This document shows positions 37,187 through 51,416 of a DNA stretch of 64,000 nt, piece by piece. Within the stretch, counting starts at the first letter, position 1, and each line of letters opens with the position of its first letter. The position numbers and the translations under genes are program-made. Origin of the DNA: Ancylonema sp. Lineage: Eukaryota. The notes below the pieces were generated by a model. The model saw only the letters and a list, made by a program, of their open reading frames with translations. It was not told where the DNA came from and did no database searches. The stretch lies in contig JBFLGF010000018.1 in the NCBI GenBank assembly GCA_050230475.1, positions 62,001 to 126,000 of the forward strand. Direction: 5' to 3'.

Positions 37187-37606
37187 TTTTTTTTTGGTAT
37201 TTTGGCTTGTGGCCTCCCCCCGCTTATTCCGCCCCGATTTCCTCTCCGGGCGTATTCGTTCCGGGCGGCGCTCCGAGCGAAAAAAAACTTTCGCCCGGGG
37301 CGACGCCAACTACGGTATTGGGCAAACCATGGCCATGGCCGCTGGTCAACGGTCAACGGTGCACCAGTCACCTGACCCAATCAGATGCTTACACCTTGCT
37401 CCCGCGTAAGTGCCAGCTGGCGGACCGGGATAATTCGACAGCTGGAGCTTGCTGCTCTCACTTAGCTCACGTCGTTCCCGACCTCTCTCTTGTCCGTCTT
37501 CCGCTGTCTGATAGTGGTCGTACTTCCCCGTTGGCCCGGCCAGTGCAAGCATCTGTACTGTGTTTCCATCGCCGTAGTTGTGATCAAAGTTCACGGTTCC
37601 ACGTAC

Positions 37607-39642
37607 ATGCGTGCGTGCAGGCAGGCCCTATGGCCTGCGGTCAGATCGGCCATTTCCTACCGCCATCGTTGCATCTTGCCTGGCTCGGAATTATTCACCC
37701 ACCCTGTGCGTACAGAGCAGAGCTTGGTGCCCCTTGGTTCTGATGCTTCTAGAGTCGTGTTCTCGTTGTCTGGGTCAAACGGTCGACCAAGTGCTTACGG
37801 ATCGCCTTCCGTAGAACAACTTCATGTAACACAGCCACGCCGGTACCTTTTTGGCATCGGGGAGTCAGAAGCTGACCCCACTCTGGCTCGGACACACCAG
37901 GAAGAACGCATTATAGGGTCAGTTCACGCTTCACGATTTCACGGCATCAGCTTTGAGACGAAAATAGCTGCGCAATTTTAGCAGGCGCTAGGTCGTGTAA
38001 GAGAGTTTTAGACTTGCCGATGGCAGATGGTTACAATCTAGCGGTACATGGTGACTCCAAGTGAAAAGTTAGAATACATGCGTAATCTGTGGGTTCAACA
38101 TTTTATTGACTTGTTCGACATTTTATTAACTTCAATAAAATCTTGAACCCCATATCGCTTCACATACCTCAGAATTTCGAGCATCTAAAAGCCCAAAGGA
38201 ATTTATGTAACTAATATACCGATTGAGACTTCTTCTCGGTTATGCTATTCTGGAGGATTTTGTGCTGCATGCATTATTCCTTGTTCACAACCTAATCCAG
38301 TTCTCCACATGATGTAACCCCTGATGTTGCCTCTCCTTTCGTGCAGCTACTCCCCAGAGCAGCTGTACGATGTGGTCGTCGGTGTGGATATGTATCAAGA
38401 CTTTGTGCCGTGGTGCCAGCGAAGCACCGTTGTGAAGAGGGCAGGTGCTGAGATGGATGCTGAACTAGAGGTTGGATTTAAGATCTTCTGTGAAAAATAC
38501 ATGTCGCACGTTCACATGGAGAGGCCAAAGGTGGTAAAGGTAAGTCAGTTTGACTACCAGCTCTTCAAAAATACAATCAGGTCGCAGTCTCCGCGTCAAT
38601 TGCATTGCATTACGAGTGGCTGGGAACGTTATGATAAATGATGGACTAGGAGTCATGAGTCACGAAATAAGGGTGGTTGGAGAAACATTCCTCATGGAAA
38701 CGAGTTTGTCCTCGTTCAATGCGCAATGAATCCGCCTCCCATGCTGTATTCAGGAATTGAAAAGAGACTTTTCTGTAACGGATTGAGACAGACTCAATCA
38801 CTGACTGACTCTGCAGCTAGCATGCCCCACCTGAGTCTGCAGACATGAAGTCGAAGCTCAGTCGCAATGTTTTTTTCCCATCTGGAAGGCACCCGAGTCA
38901 CAGAGTTGAACAACAACAGCACTACATAGTCCAGCTCTAATTTGTCGCCTTGTTCTCGTGAACGTGCAGACCACAGTATCCAAAAGCTCTTTATTTAATT
39001 ACCTGGACAACACATGGGAGTTTCGGCCAGGCCCTGTCCCCAACTCGTGCAATTTACGCTTCTCTGTGGCCTTTCAGTTCAAGTCTGCGCTCTACAGAGG
39101 GGTAAGAACTGGATGACAAATGATCTGTTAAACGTGCATGTTATCTCTACGTCTTGGTGCAGGAATTGTGTTGATAGCAACCACAACTTCGCGTGACTGG
39201 TCGTACTGTCTAGAACTGGACATCACAGAACTTCAGAAAAAGTGGACATCCTGGTCAGGTCTGTTGGAATTTCTTGCCTTGCCAGGCTAACTTTGTAAAA
39301 ATTCAAAAAGACAATTCAAAAAGAATGCAGCAGGTATACATCCAAATCGGTGGATTATGTGATCGAGCCAAATTAGTGGCGGACTGGCCGACTGTCAGAA
39401 CTTATATGCTGATGTTCCATGGCCCCATCATGCGACGTTGGCTTCAAGATGGTGTATATGGGGTTGAAAGCATGTGTTGGGTATTGTGGTTCATGCAGGC
39501 AGCTGACCTCTTCTTTGATCAAGTTGTAGCAAAGATGATTTCGTCCTTTGAGTCACGATGTCGTCTAGTGTATGGACCGGCACATCCCTTGGTGGCGATG
39601 GAGGCACGTAGACGAAACACTCGATCGCAAAAATTCAACTAG
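37607..39642 (+). CDS. COQ10: Coenzyme Q-binding protein COQ10 homolog (START domain), mitochondrial, ~259 aa, 4 exons
   Basis: Exons 37607-37917, 38347-38539, 38970-39101 and 39499-39642, all GT-AG and in frame. EERIIGYSPEQLYDVV..VDMYQDFVPWC, AELEVGF, WEFRPGP, FQFKSALY, FESRC. Confidence 0.92.
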
Positions 39643-40532
39643 AATCGATATTGGAAAGGCCTATTTGGTTCAGGCTTAGAGTTTAATTGTTGCAGATTGG
39701 CCCCCTTAGGGAGTAGTACATAAGGGTTGGTTCAAACATTGCGTGGCACCATCTGTTGTCGTAATGCAGCTGGCGGGGAAGATTGCGGGGGTGATTATTC
39801 ATTCGATGGTGAACATCGATGTCATAGATGTATCATTGTAGACGGACCTTCGTTTTTTTTGTTTCGAATTCAAAATTTGTCAGGACTTCATATTAAATGA
39901 TATAAATGTGAGAACTTTCTTCTGCCATCGATGCAAGAATAAAGTTCACTTCTTCTTAATCTCTTTGAATCAAGCAGATCACGTCATTAAAAACGTTGAC
40001 ACAACAAATGTGCAAGTTTGAAGTAGAAAGTATTGATTACAGAATTCAGCATGCAAGCTCAGACCTAATACAGTCGATTGCTGCCTGGTCAAAGAATCTA
40101 CTGCTATCGAAACTACTTCGTCAACTGCCAATCATATCTAAGCATTCTTATCGTCACTTGTGCCAGATGGCCAAGTAATCATTGAAACAAGGACATCGGC
40201 CTGCAGCCGGCCTGCACCCTGCATTTGCTAAATAACGACAAAACTAAAGCTAAATTCCCGGTATTGCTAAAATCGATATAACGACAGAAGTTCACAGCCC
40301 CTAAAAACTAGCATCCCCTCCCTGGCTACTTTTGTACCCCCCCTCCAAAAACGATAACGAAAACGATATCGATTTTACAAACAAATACTCACAGAACTCA
40401 CGAAACTCAGCAAAGTAAACTCAGTCAATGAACCAGCTACAACTATTTTTCATACACCAAACCCACTAGATCACAATTCTTCTACAACACCTTGACAGAC
40501 ACTGGTTTTGTCAACATATCGGCAGCCTGGTC

Positions 40533-43500
40533 TGTTAGTTATTAGGGGCTGTGAACTTTTGTCGTTATATCGATTTGTCTGATCCGTTCGCTGTAGTTTG
40601 AGTTCTTGTCGTTATTCAGCAAATGCCGGCCGAATTTGTAAGTAATGATTGTGTCGACAAGTTTTGGCCAGTCAGCATAAGTGTCGATAAGTTTTAGTCG
40701 ATGTGGCATAATGCTTAGTTGTGATTGGTGTTGACAGATAGTTTCGATATGTTGACTTTTAGATGTTCTGTCGATCACACTCAACTGTACTAAGAGTGGA
40801 CTTGCATGCAAGATCCTGTAATCAGACTTTGTATCTCAAGCTTGCACTTTTGCTGTGTTAATGCTTGTAATGACGTGATCGATTGATTCATGAGTTGATT
40901 AAGAGTTGAACTTTATTCTTGCAAAGATGGCAGAAGAAAGTTATCACAGTGGTATCAGAGCAAGATACTGCATCCTGGACGGAGAAAAAGTCCCTTTTCA
41001 AGCATGGCGATCCAAGGCCTCAGCGATCCTTGACGATGCTGACTGTCTTGAGATCTGCAAGGGCACGGAGGTGGCACCAGAAGAAGTGTTTGCCAGATAT
41101 GATGATGAGGAAACGAAGCCGAAATGGACCAGTACTCTGCAGATCTGCAGAGTTTCCGAAAAAGGACAAAGAAAGTTGTGATGCTGATCATGTCACTTGT
41201 CAGTGAGGACATCGCAACAGTGCTCGGGCAGTTCGAAAGAGACCCCAAATCAATGTGAAGTTACCAGAAAGAGGAATATGACAAAGTGACTCCAGAACTT
41301 CGAGAGCTCGTCAAGGAGAAGCTGAATTCTTTCAGAGTGAATGAGAAGTTGTCAGTTCGTGATATAAAACAAGAGTTCCTGACGATTCTGCGAGAGTGCA
41401 CACATCAAAATTACACGGTCAGCAAGGAAGACCAGGTGATGACGCTGTTTTCCGGGATGGCAAGAACAAAGTATAGACTTTTGAAGCGACTCTACTATGG
41501 ACAGAAAGAGGCATCTGGAATCGACTGGATCTGGGCACAGATGGGTGTCGATGAACTGGATGACAAGAAGGAGCAGGACGTTAAAGATGCAGAAGCGCTG
41601 GTTGCAGAAGCAAACTATGCCAACTAAGCAAACTAAGTGGACATCTCGACAAAAAAAATCTAGTCGAGGCAGAGGTGGTGGCATCGATAATCGAAGAGGC
41701 AGGGGTGCAAGCATAGGAAATTTTGGAAGCAGTCGTGGAAGCAGAGATGGTCAAGGAGGACGAGGTGGCAGCAGTGGATCTAGTGGAGGTCATTCATGCT
41801 ACACATGCGGAGAAACAAGTCACTACAGTCGAGAATGCACGAAGAAAGATGCTGAGTGCAAGTACTGTGGAGCGATCGGTCATGTTGAGTTTACTTGCTT
41901 CGACAAAAAGAATGAAGCTCCACGCATGCAGAGAAAGGGAGTGCGAACAGGGAAATCTGCGTTTGTCGGTGAAGCTGAGATCAAAGAAGATGACTGCTGC
42001 GGACATGGTGAAGCTGTTGTTGCAGAAATCTGCGAGGGGAATGTAGCAGATCTTGATGATGCAAAAAAAGGCTTTCTTTTTTACGATGGCTCCAGCCATC
42101 ATTCAAGTGGACAGAAAATCCATTTCAAAACTCTCGAGGACATTCCACATGAGGTTATTATGCATCATCTTGTTGGCAGTGTTCGAGTCAAGCAATGGGG
42201 GACAGTCGAGCTCAATACAGATGGAGAGTGTGGTGGAGTAACTCTCCAAAAACGTATTTACATTCCAGGCATGAGAGTCACTCTGTTCATTGGGCAAAAA
42301 GCAAGGGAAGCAGGTTGGTCATATACCTGCAGTGGCAAGGCCGGGGGTATCGTTCCTGGTTTGGAGGGTCTGGAAAGCAAGTCTGTACGCTGCAGGAAAA
42401 CATTGACAGGTCGCAAAATTATAATCTGCACTCCAGTTCGACACCAAAAATGCATTGAGGGGGAGGCTGTTGTAGCTGCCATCGACATTAATCGACTCCA
42501 CACTAGACTAGGGCATGCAAACGAGAGAGTGCTGAAAAATCTGTTTCGAGATGAGCTTGTAAGAGGACTTGAGGGAGGAATTTCAGGGGTCATGAGAAAT
42601 TGTGAGGGCTGCAAGCTGGGGAAAGCTCATGACAAACCTCATCCACGACGAGAAGCAGGTGCAAGAGAGCAAGTGCGTCTTGGAAGAGTGTCCGTGGATC
42701 TGGCAGGACCATTCAAACCTGCATCCATTGGGGGCGGAAACTTCAACATGGTGATCGTCGATGAATTCAGCAGAAAATCATGGGTAGAGATTTTGCGACA
42801 CAAAGATGATGCAGGCCCTCGTCTCAAGCAGTGGATTGCAATTCAGGAGAGACAGTCTTGGAAGCCACTGGAAAATCTGAGATCTGATCGAGGTGGAGAG
42901 TTCATCGATGGTGATTTCGAAAAATGGCTGAAAAGGAGAGGGGTCAAACATGAGACAACGCCACCAAATACACCTCAAGGGAATGCCATCATAGAGAGGA
43001 TGAATCGAACTCTGCAAGATAGAGCAAGATCGATGCTGCAACACATGCAAGTGTCTCTTGGACTCTGAGCTGAAGCAATCTCTTTCGCTTCTTACCTTCA
43101 AAATCGATGCCAAGTTAGCGGTCTCTCCAAAACAGCTGAGGAGCTGTGGTCCGGAGCTGTTCCAAAAATTGACCATCTCCGCTCGTTTGGCTCCAAAGTG
43201 TACGTCAGACTTGAGAAGCAAGAAAGAGACGGGAAAATGGGAGCTCTGGCGTGGATGGGAGTGCTGGTTGGCTGGAACTGTGACACTCCATGTCATCGAG
43301 TCTGGGACCCTGTGTCAAACAAAGTTCACAATGTCGGAGTTGCACATGCAGATTTTGATGAGGATGTGAAAGCTGGCTGGTGGCGTGGAAAGAATGTTGG
43401 GAAGAAAGGAAAGCTGCATGATATTCAAGAAGTTTCAAACATGACATGGCCAGATCTGCAAGAGTGTAGCCTCAGAGTGGGAGGGGGTTCTACAAGTGGG

Positions 43501-45609
43501 CAACAGGCTCAATAAAATTTGAATTCTGTCGATGAACAGATCCCCGATGCTGTGGGAAATCCCTTGCCTCAGCTTCTGGGAGCTGTTCCTCTTCAGAATC
43601 AAGAACTTCCAGAACTTGTTGTCAGCAATTCGAGTGGGAGTGATGAAGAAGATCAAGATGTGCTGGAAGATGGTCCTGAGTGGTACCCCAACGATGCTAC
43701 TCCAACAAATCCTTTTGGTCCTGGTGATAATGATACCGATGCTGAGTCCTCAGATCATCCTTCCTTTCCTCGACGGTCTTCCAGGCAATAGAGGTGCTCC
43801 TCCAAACAGATTTGCAGCGTTTGTTGCCAACCTGGAAAGAGAAGTGAAAACTCCAACATCTGTGAGAGAGGCACTTGAGAGTCCAGAAAGAGTTTATTGG
43901 GAAGCAGCTATAGCAGAAAAGGGTAGGTGTACATGGAGGCTCCAAATGGCACGTGTGGATCTGGAGAGGAGAATCTGGTGTGGCTGCTGCTCAGGTGTCT
44001 ATATGGCCTGAAACAAGCACCAAGGGGATGGAACCAGCACATTGACGATGTGTGGAAGAAGCTAAAATTTCATTGTCTGGCTTCTGACTTTGAACTGTAT
44101 ATTCTGGGAGAGGGAGCTGATGCTTTGTATCTGGCGCTGTATGTCGACGATATCTTTCTGCTGTGTGTACTTCTGGAGAAAATATTTGGGGTCAAAGGAG
44201 GGCTGAATGCAAGGTACAACATGAAAGACCTGGGTGAAGCGAAGTTTTTGCTAGGGCTGGAGATCAGACGTCACCCAAATGGCAATGTGTTCTTGTGCCA
44301 GGAGAAGTACAACACAGAACTGCTCAGCAAGTTTGGCATGGAAGACTGCAACTCAGCAGCCACCCCTCTGGAGATCGGGATAATGTTTTCTGAAAATCTG
44401 GGAGATCTTGATGAGGCTGCAGGTTTAGAGGAAGTAGGGTATAAATCAGCAATGGGAAGTCCGCTCTATCTTACCTCAAGGACCCGTCCAGATCTGGCAA
44501 CTGCTGTGAATACTCTGTGTCGATACAGTGGGTGTCCGGGAGAGCAACACTGGGAGGGGGTGAAACGTGTGCTGCGATACTTGAAGGAAACAATGAACTT
44601 GGGGTTGATGTATGAGAAGGGAGCTGACTTGAAAGTGCACGGTTATTCGGACGTCAGCCATGGCGATGACGTCGACACAAGAAAAGGGAGAGCAGGATAT
44701 GTGTTTCTGAGTGTTGGGGCGGCAGTGAGTTGGAAAAGCAGTCTTTTGGAGAGAGTTACTCACTCTAGCTGTGAGAGTGAGTACCTGGCTCTCAGTTCTG
44801 CTGGCAATGAGGCGATTTACCTCAGCCAAATGCAAGGGGAGCTTGGTGTTGGGGGGAAAGGTGGAGTTTTGATTCTTGGTGACAATGAAACCGGCTGAAA
44901 ATTCAGTGCTTCACAAACGCTCCAAACACATTGAGATGAAGTGGCATTCTATCAGGGACAGAGTTGCAAAGAAGAAGATCAGGGTGGAGTTTGTGAAAAG
45001 TGAGGATCAGGCTGCTGACATGATGACAAAGGCTGTACCTGTCAAGGTTTTGAGGAAGAATCGTGCTTTGATTGGGTTGATTGAGGAGTAGTGACCATTT
45101 CTGAGATTTTGTGTGTTTTTGTGAAAAAAAATTCCCGATATATTGTGTTATCGTTTTTGGAGGGGGAAACAAAAGTATCCAGGGAGGGGGTGTTAGTTTT
45201 TAGGGGCTGTGAAATTTTGTTGTTATATCGATGTGTCTGATCCATTCGCTGTAGTTTGAGTTCTTGTCGTTATTCAGCAAATGCCGGCCGAACTTGTAAG
45301 TAATGATTGTGTCGACAAGTTCTGGCGAGTCAGCATGAGTGTCGATAAGTTTTAGTCGATGTGGCATAATGCTTAGTTGTGATTGGTGTTGACTCAGATA
45401 GTTTCGATATGTTGATTTAGACGTTCTGTCGATCACACTCAACTGTACTAAGAGTGGACTTGCATGCAAGATCCTGTCATCAGACTTTCTATCTCAAGCT
45501 TGCACTTTTGCTGTGTTAATGCTGTAATGTCGTGATCGATTGATTCATGAGGTGAGTAAGAGTTGAACTTTATTATTCTTGCAAAGATGACAGAAAGAAA
45601 GTTCTAACA
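40533..45609 (+). mobile_element. Ty1/Copia retrotransposon (inner), nested antiparallel in the outer element
   Basis: LTRs 40533-40948 and 45191-45609, PBS TGGTATCAGAGC (40950-40961), PPT AGGGAGGGGG, TSD TGGTC/TGGAC. Confidence 0.95.
40927..45091 (+). pseudogene. Copia gag-pol with stops, frameshifts and an RT N-terminal deletion near 43925
   Basis: CYTCGETSHYSREC knuckle, LHTRLGH..CEGC, LRSDRGGEF, LYGLKQAPRGWN, YVDD, RSKHIEMKWHSIR, ADMMTK. Confidence 0.93.
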
Positions 45610-48600
45610 TGGACTTCACTCTTTACAAATTGGAGACTGATCTTTTTCTTGGACACCCTTTCTCGAATGGAATGATACTTGATCTCGATGTGTTTGGAGC
45701 GCTTGTGGAAGATAGGACTCTCAGCAAGTTTCAAAGAACTCTCATTGTCCCCCAGCAACAGCACACTCTCCCCACCAATACCCAATTCTTTTTGCATGTG
45801 GCTCAAATAAATGGCCTCATTGCCAACAACACTCAATGCCACAGCTTGAGTGTGTGACTGTTTCCAGCAGACCACTTTTCCAGCTCACAGCAGCTCCTCC
45901 ACTAAGAAAGACAGTTCTACCCTTCCTAGTGTCGAGGTCATCACCATGACTAGCATCTAAGTAACCCATGACTGGCAAATCACTCCCTTTCTCATACATC
46001 AGCCCCAAAGCGACAGTCCCCTTGAGATAGCGCAAAACTCTTTTGACTCCCTCCCAATGCTTGTCCCCTGGCTGCTCATTGTATCGACACAAAGAGTTAA
46101 CAACAGCTGGCAAATCGGGTTTTGTGCCATAAGTCAGATATAGCAAACTGCCCATTGCAGATTTGTATCCCACACCCTCTATTCCAGCATATTCAGAAGC
46201 AGATTCACAGCTTGCAGAAAAATTGACACTCAACTTAAGAGGAGTAGTAGCAAAATTGCAGTCTTGCATCCCAAACTTTGTTAGCACATCTCTGGCATAT
46301 TTATCTTGCACCAAAAACACGTTGCCATCAGGCTGCCTTCGAATCTCAAGCCCCAGCAAGAACTTTGCTTCTCCCATATCTTTCATGTTATACCGCTTTC
46401 CCAACCCTCCTTTCACCCCAAAAATAGTCGCCTGCCTGATGCATAGGAGAAACACACCATCCACATATAATGCCAAGTAGAGTGCTTATGGCCCTTCTCC
46501 CAGAATATAAAGGCCAAAATCTGAAGCCAGACGATGAAATTGCATGCCTTTCAACACGTCGTCGATGTGCTGATTCCATCCTCTCGGCGCTTGCTTGAGG
46601 CCATAGAAGCACCTGAGTAGCAACCACACCAAATCTGCTTCACCAGGCCCAGACGTGCCGTCAGGGGCCTCCATGTACACCTCCTCTTCTTGGGGCGCAT
46701 AGAGAAAAGTTGTTGTAACATCCATCTGGTGCACGTGTAGACCCCTGGAAGCTCACATGGCGACAAGTTGACGAATACTCTTAAACCGAACAGTTGGAGA
46801 AAAAGTCTGATCATATTCCTCTCCCTCTACTTGACTGAAGCCCTTAGCCACAATCCTTGCTTTGTATTCTTTTACAGAACCATCAGCATTGAATTTGATC
46901 CTGAACACCCACTTTGACTTCACAACTTTCTTCCCCCTCGGCCTTGGCACAAGTCGATAGACGTGGTTCGCTTGTAGACTTCCCATTTCAGCGGCCATTG
47001 CAGCTTTCCACTGAGCTCTTTGTGGACTATTAAGAGCCTCCTCCACAGTCGTTGGTGTCTTTATCTCACTCTCCAAGTTGGCAACAAAAGCAGCACCAAA
47101 TCTGTTGGGATGCACTCCCCTATTTTCCCTTGCAAATCGACGCACAAGCCGAGAGTCAGACTCTGGATCATCATAGAAGTTTCAAAAAAGTCATCGGTCA
47201 CGCCAAGCGGATTAAGAGAAGTAGCATCATTTGGATACCATTCTGGACCATCTTCCAGGTGATCTTCGTCCTCATCGTCTCCACTAGAATTGCTGACAAG
47301 TTCTAGAAGATCCGCACTCTGAGGAAGAGGAGATCTCGGAAGCTGTGGTAATGGATTTCCCACAACATATGGGATCTCTTCATCGACACAATTTGGATCA
47401 CCATAGGCAGGTTGCCCACTTCCCGAATCGCCCCCTCCCAGACAAACACTACCCCCTCTTGCTCCTTGATCAGCTGCATCTAGATCTGGCCATGACATTT
47501 TTGACTCCTCAACTGGCTCATGAACTCTTGCCTTCTTGCCAATTTTTTGTCCTCTCCACCAGCTTGGTTTGACAAATTCATCGAAGTGTGCATGACCAGT
47601 GCCAACGTTGTGAACCTTGTTCGTTGCAGGATCCCAGACTCGGTAGCAAGGACTGTCGGGACTCCATCCAACTAGCACACCGAGCCAAGCCAGCGCACTC
47701 ATTTTTTCTGCCCGATCTTTTTTCTCTAGTCTCACATAGACTTTGCAGCCGAATGATCGAAAATGATCGACCTTTGGAACCTCTCCATACCACATCTCTT
47801 CTGGAAATCTCGGGAGACCGCTGACTTGACATCGATTTGTGATGGTACGAAGCTAAAGAGATTGCTTCTGCCCATAGACCAGGAGGAAGTTGCATGTACA
47901 GGAGCATAGAACGAGCTCTGTCTTGCAATGTACGATTCATGCGCTCTATGATTGCATTGCCTTGAGGAGTGTTTGGCGGAGTTGTCTCATGTCTGATTCC
48001 TCTCTTTTTGAGCCACTTTTGCAAGTCACCATCTATAAATATTCCTCCTCGATCTGATCTCAGATTTTTGACAGGTTTTCGAGCTTGCCTTTCCCAGATT
48101 GCGATCCATTGCTTGAGGCGAGGAGCTGCATCATCTTTGCTCCGAAGTATTTCCACCCAGGATTTTCGGTTGTACTCATCGACGAGCACCATGTTGTACA
48201 CTCCTCCCCCTATCGATGCTGGATTGAACGGCCCTGCCAAGTCCACCGATACTCTTCCTAGACAAACTTGTTCTCCTGCACCAACTTCTCGTCGAGGATG
48301 AGGTTTGTCGTGTGCCTTCCCAACCTTGCACCCTTCACAATTTTGCAGAACTCGTGAGATACCTCCTTCGTATCCTCTTACAAGATGCTCTCATGCCAAA
48401 TTTTTGAGCACTTTCTCATTTACATGCCCAAGTCTTGTGTGCAGGAGGTTGATTTTGAGAGCAGCGACCACAGCTTCCCCTTTAGTAAGTTGTTGATGTC
48501 GAACTGGAGTACAGATAAGGTTTTTTCGACGTGTCGATGTTTCTTGCAGAGTGCAGACCACTTGCCCAGATTTGTTGTAGACTAGAAGTGCAAGTGTAGG

Positions 48601-51007
48601 ACCACCCCGCTTCTCTGGCTTTTTGACCAGTGAACAAATTTATGCGCATTCCAGGAATGTACAGATATTTCTTGAGTGTTACACCTCCACACTCTCCCTT
48701 AGTATTCAACTTAACTGTTCCCCACTGCTTCACACGCACACTTCCGACCAGATGATGCATGATGACCTCGTGAGGGATGTCTTCAAGGATTTTCAGAAGA
48801 CTTTTCTACCCACAGAAATGGTGACTGGAGCCATCGTCGGAGAGGAAACCTTTTTCTGCATCATCATCATCTGCAACATTTCCTTCACCGATCTCAGCGA
48901 TGACAGCTTCTCCATGACCACAACTCTCCTCCTCATCGATTTCTCGAATAAAAGTTGTTTTCCTCCCTGTGCGCACCCCTTTTCTCTGAATTCGTGGAGC
49001 TTCGGTTTTCTTGTCGAAACATGTGAATTCCACATGACCAATGGCTCCACAATTTTGTTTTTTGTTTTTTTTTTGGAGCAGTCTATGCTGAAGTGACCTA
49101 TCTCTCCACAAGTATAGCATGAGTGTCCTCCACTTGATCCACTGCTTCCACCTCTGCCTCCACGACCACCTCTGACTCCACGATTATCTCCTGAATACCC
49201 CTTAAATGTTCCCCTGCCTACACGATTGTCGATACTACCACCTCTGCCCTGGCTTGATTTTTTTTGTTGCGCTGACCAGTTTGCAGAGTTTGCCTCTACA
49301 ACTAGTGCCTTAGCATCTTTGACAACTTTTTCTTTCTTGTCGTCCAGCTCATCCATTCCCATCTGCCCCCAGATCCAGTTGATCCCAGGTGCCTCTTTGT
49401 GCCCATAGCACAACTTCTTCAACATGCCGTATTTTGTTCTTTACATGCTAGCAAACAATGCCATCACCTGATCTTCTGCGCTGACTGTAATTTTTTTTTG
49501 TACACACTCTCTAATGATCGACAGAACAATATTCTTGATTTCTCATACGGGCATCTTGTCATCGATCTTGAAAGAGTTCGGCTTTTCTTTTGCACTCTGT
49601 AGAAGTTCTGGAGACACCTTGTCATATTCCTATGTCAGATAGTCCCACATCGTCTCTGGATCTCGTTCAAATTTTTCAAGTGATGTAGCGATGTCATCAT
49701 TGACAAGTTGCATGAGTAGCATTACTGCCTTCTTTGATCTTTTGTGGAAGCTTTTGACATCAAGTGTGTACTGCTCCATTTTTGCTTCATTTGTTGGCCA
49801 GTGATCATCATGAAACCTGGCTGTAACCTCGATTGGTATAATCTATGTTCCTTTGCAGATCTCAAGGCACTCGGCATCATCAAGAGTAGCTGAGGCCTTA
49901 GATCTCCATGCTTGAAAGGTAACTTTATCTCCATCCAGAATGTAGTACCGTGTTTTGATACCACTGTGAGAACTTTCTTCTGCCATCGATGCAAGAATAA
50001 AGTTCACTTCTTCTTAATCTCTTTGAATCAAGCAGATCACGTCATTACAAACTGTCACAACAAAAGTGCAAGTTTGAAGTAGAAAGTATTGATTACAGAA
50101 TTCAGCATGCAATCCCAGACCTAGTAGAGTCGCGATTGCTGCCTGGTCAAAGGATCTACTGCTATCGAAACTACTTAGTCAACTGCCAATCATATCTAAG
50201 CATTCTGCCACATCAACTTGTTCTCATCGACACTTGTGCCAGATGACCAAGTAATCATTGACACAAGGACATCGGCCTGCAGCCGGCCTGCAGCCTGCAT
50301 TTGCTGAATAACGACAAAACTAAAGCTAAATTCCCGGTATTGCTAAAATCGATATAACGACAAAAGTTCGCAGCCCCTAAAAACTAACAATAAAATGAGT
50401 GAGTACCATCACGCTTAGTGGGTCTTGCTATAAACACTTCGGTTCCTTGACACACTTTCTTTGATACCATGATCTAAAACTTTGCCGACGAATCCATAAT
50501 TTTTGGGTTTCGAGTTTTCTCTCCACGGAAAGCTTCACAAGACCACATATTACCCTAAACAATCGGTCTAAATTTTATATATAAAAGGACGGACCCCGGT
50601 CCGGAACCGGGACCTCGGGACCCCGGTCTGCGGTTCGTGCAACAATGGGTGAGGGCTCCCTCTCGCCCCTCTACATAGTGGCGCAAGTTGGATTCAGCCA
50701 TATAAAATTATACGGAAAACACTCGGCGCAACTATTTTTTTGACCATTTCTAGTAATTAAAAATTTATTTAGCGCAACTGTTTAGAGCCTACTTTTAATG
50801 ATTAAATTTCAGATTTGTTGGCGCATTATCTCTGGCCGCTACGGTAGATGGAAACAATCAAGGAGGGAGTAATGGTTTAGTAACAAAAAAATTACAATAG
50901 GAAAGAAAAGTTAGTACCTCAAATGCGAAAATACAAAAACAACATAAAATACTCATTACCGTTTGTCACACGGCCGTACACGTGTGTGGACGTTTAGAAG
51001 ATGAACA

Positions 51008-51416
51008 TGTTATTTTTTAAGGTTTGCGAACTTTTGTCGTTATATCAATTTTAGGGCTTTCCAGAATTAAGTTCATTTTTGTCGATTTTGTCGTTTTGCT
51101 TATCGATATGATTGTGACGTTAAGTTTGAACACGTGGCATCGTGTCGATAAGATTAAGTAACGTGTCGATACGAATAGTTGGCATGGCACAATGCAAGAA
51201 TATGATTGGTGTTGACTCGATAGTTTCGATCAGTAGAAATTTATGAATAGGAGGGGGCATTTATCACACTCGATTGTACTTAGCCTGGGCTTGCACGCGG
51301 AATTTTGCAATTAATCAATCTATCTCAAGCTTGCACTTTTGTTGTGTTTGTGAAGTTGTGAATGTTTTCTTCAAGAGTAAGAAGTCCGTTACTTCTTGCA
51401 TGGCAGAAGATAGCAG
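51008..51416 (+). mobile_element. Old solo Copia LTR relic
   Basis: Colinear with the 40533 LTR (GAACTTTTGTCGTTATATC, GATTGGTGTTGACTC, TATCTCAAGCTTGCACTTTTG, ATGGCAGAAGA). Confidence 0.7.

Larger units (their letters stand above)
39907..50389 (-). mobile_element. Ty1/Copia retrotransposon (outer), full-length but degenerate
   Basis: LTRs 49965-50389 and 39907-40313, perfect 5-bp TSD ATAAA, PBS TGGTATCAAAAC, PPT next to 40314. Gag zinc knuckle, integrase (LRSDRGG) and RT (YKARIVAKGF, QMDV) fragments at 49986-45610, with the RNaseH tail at 40532-40490. Confidence 0.95.
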
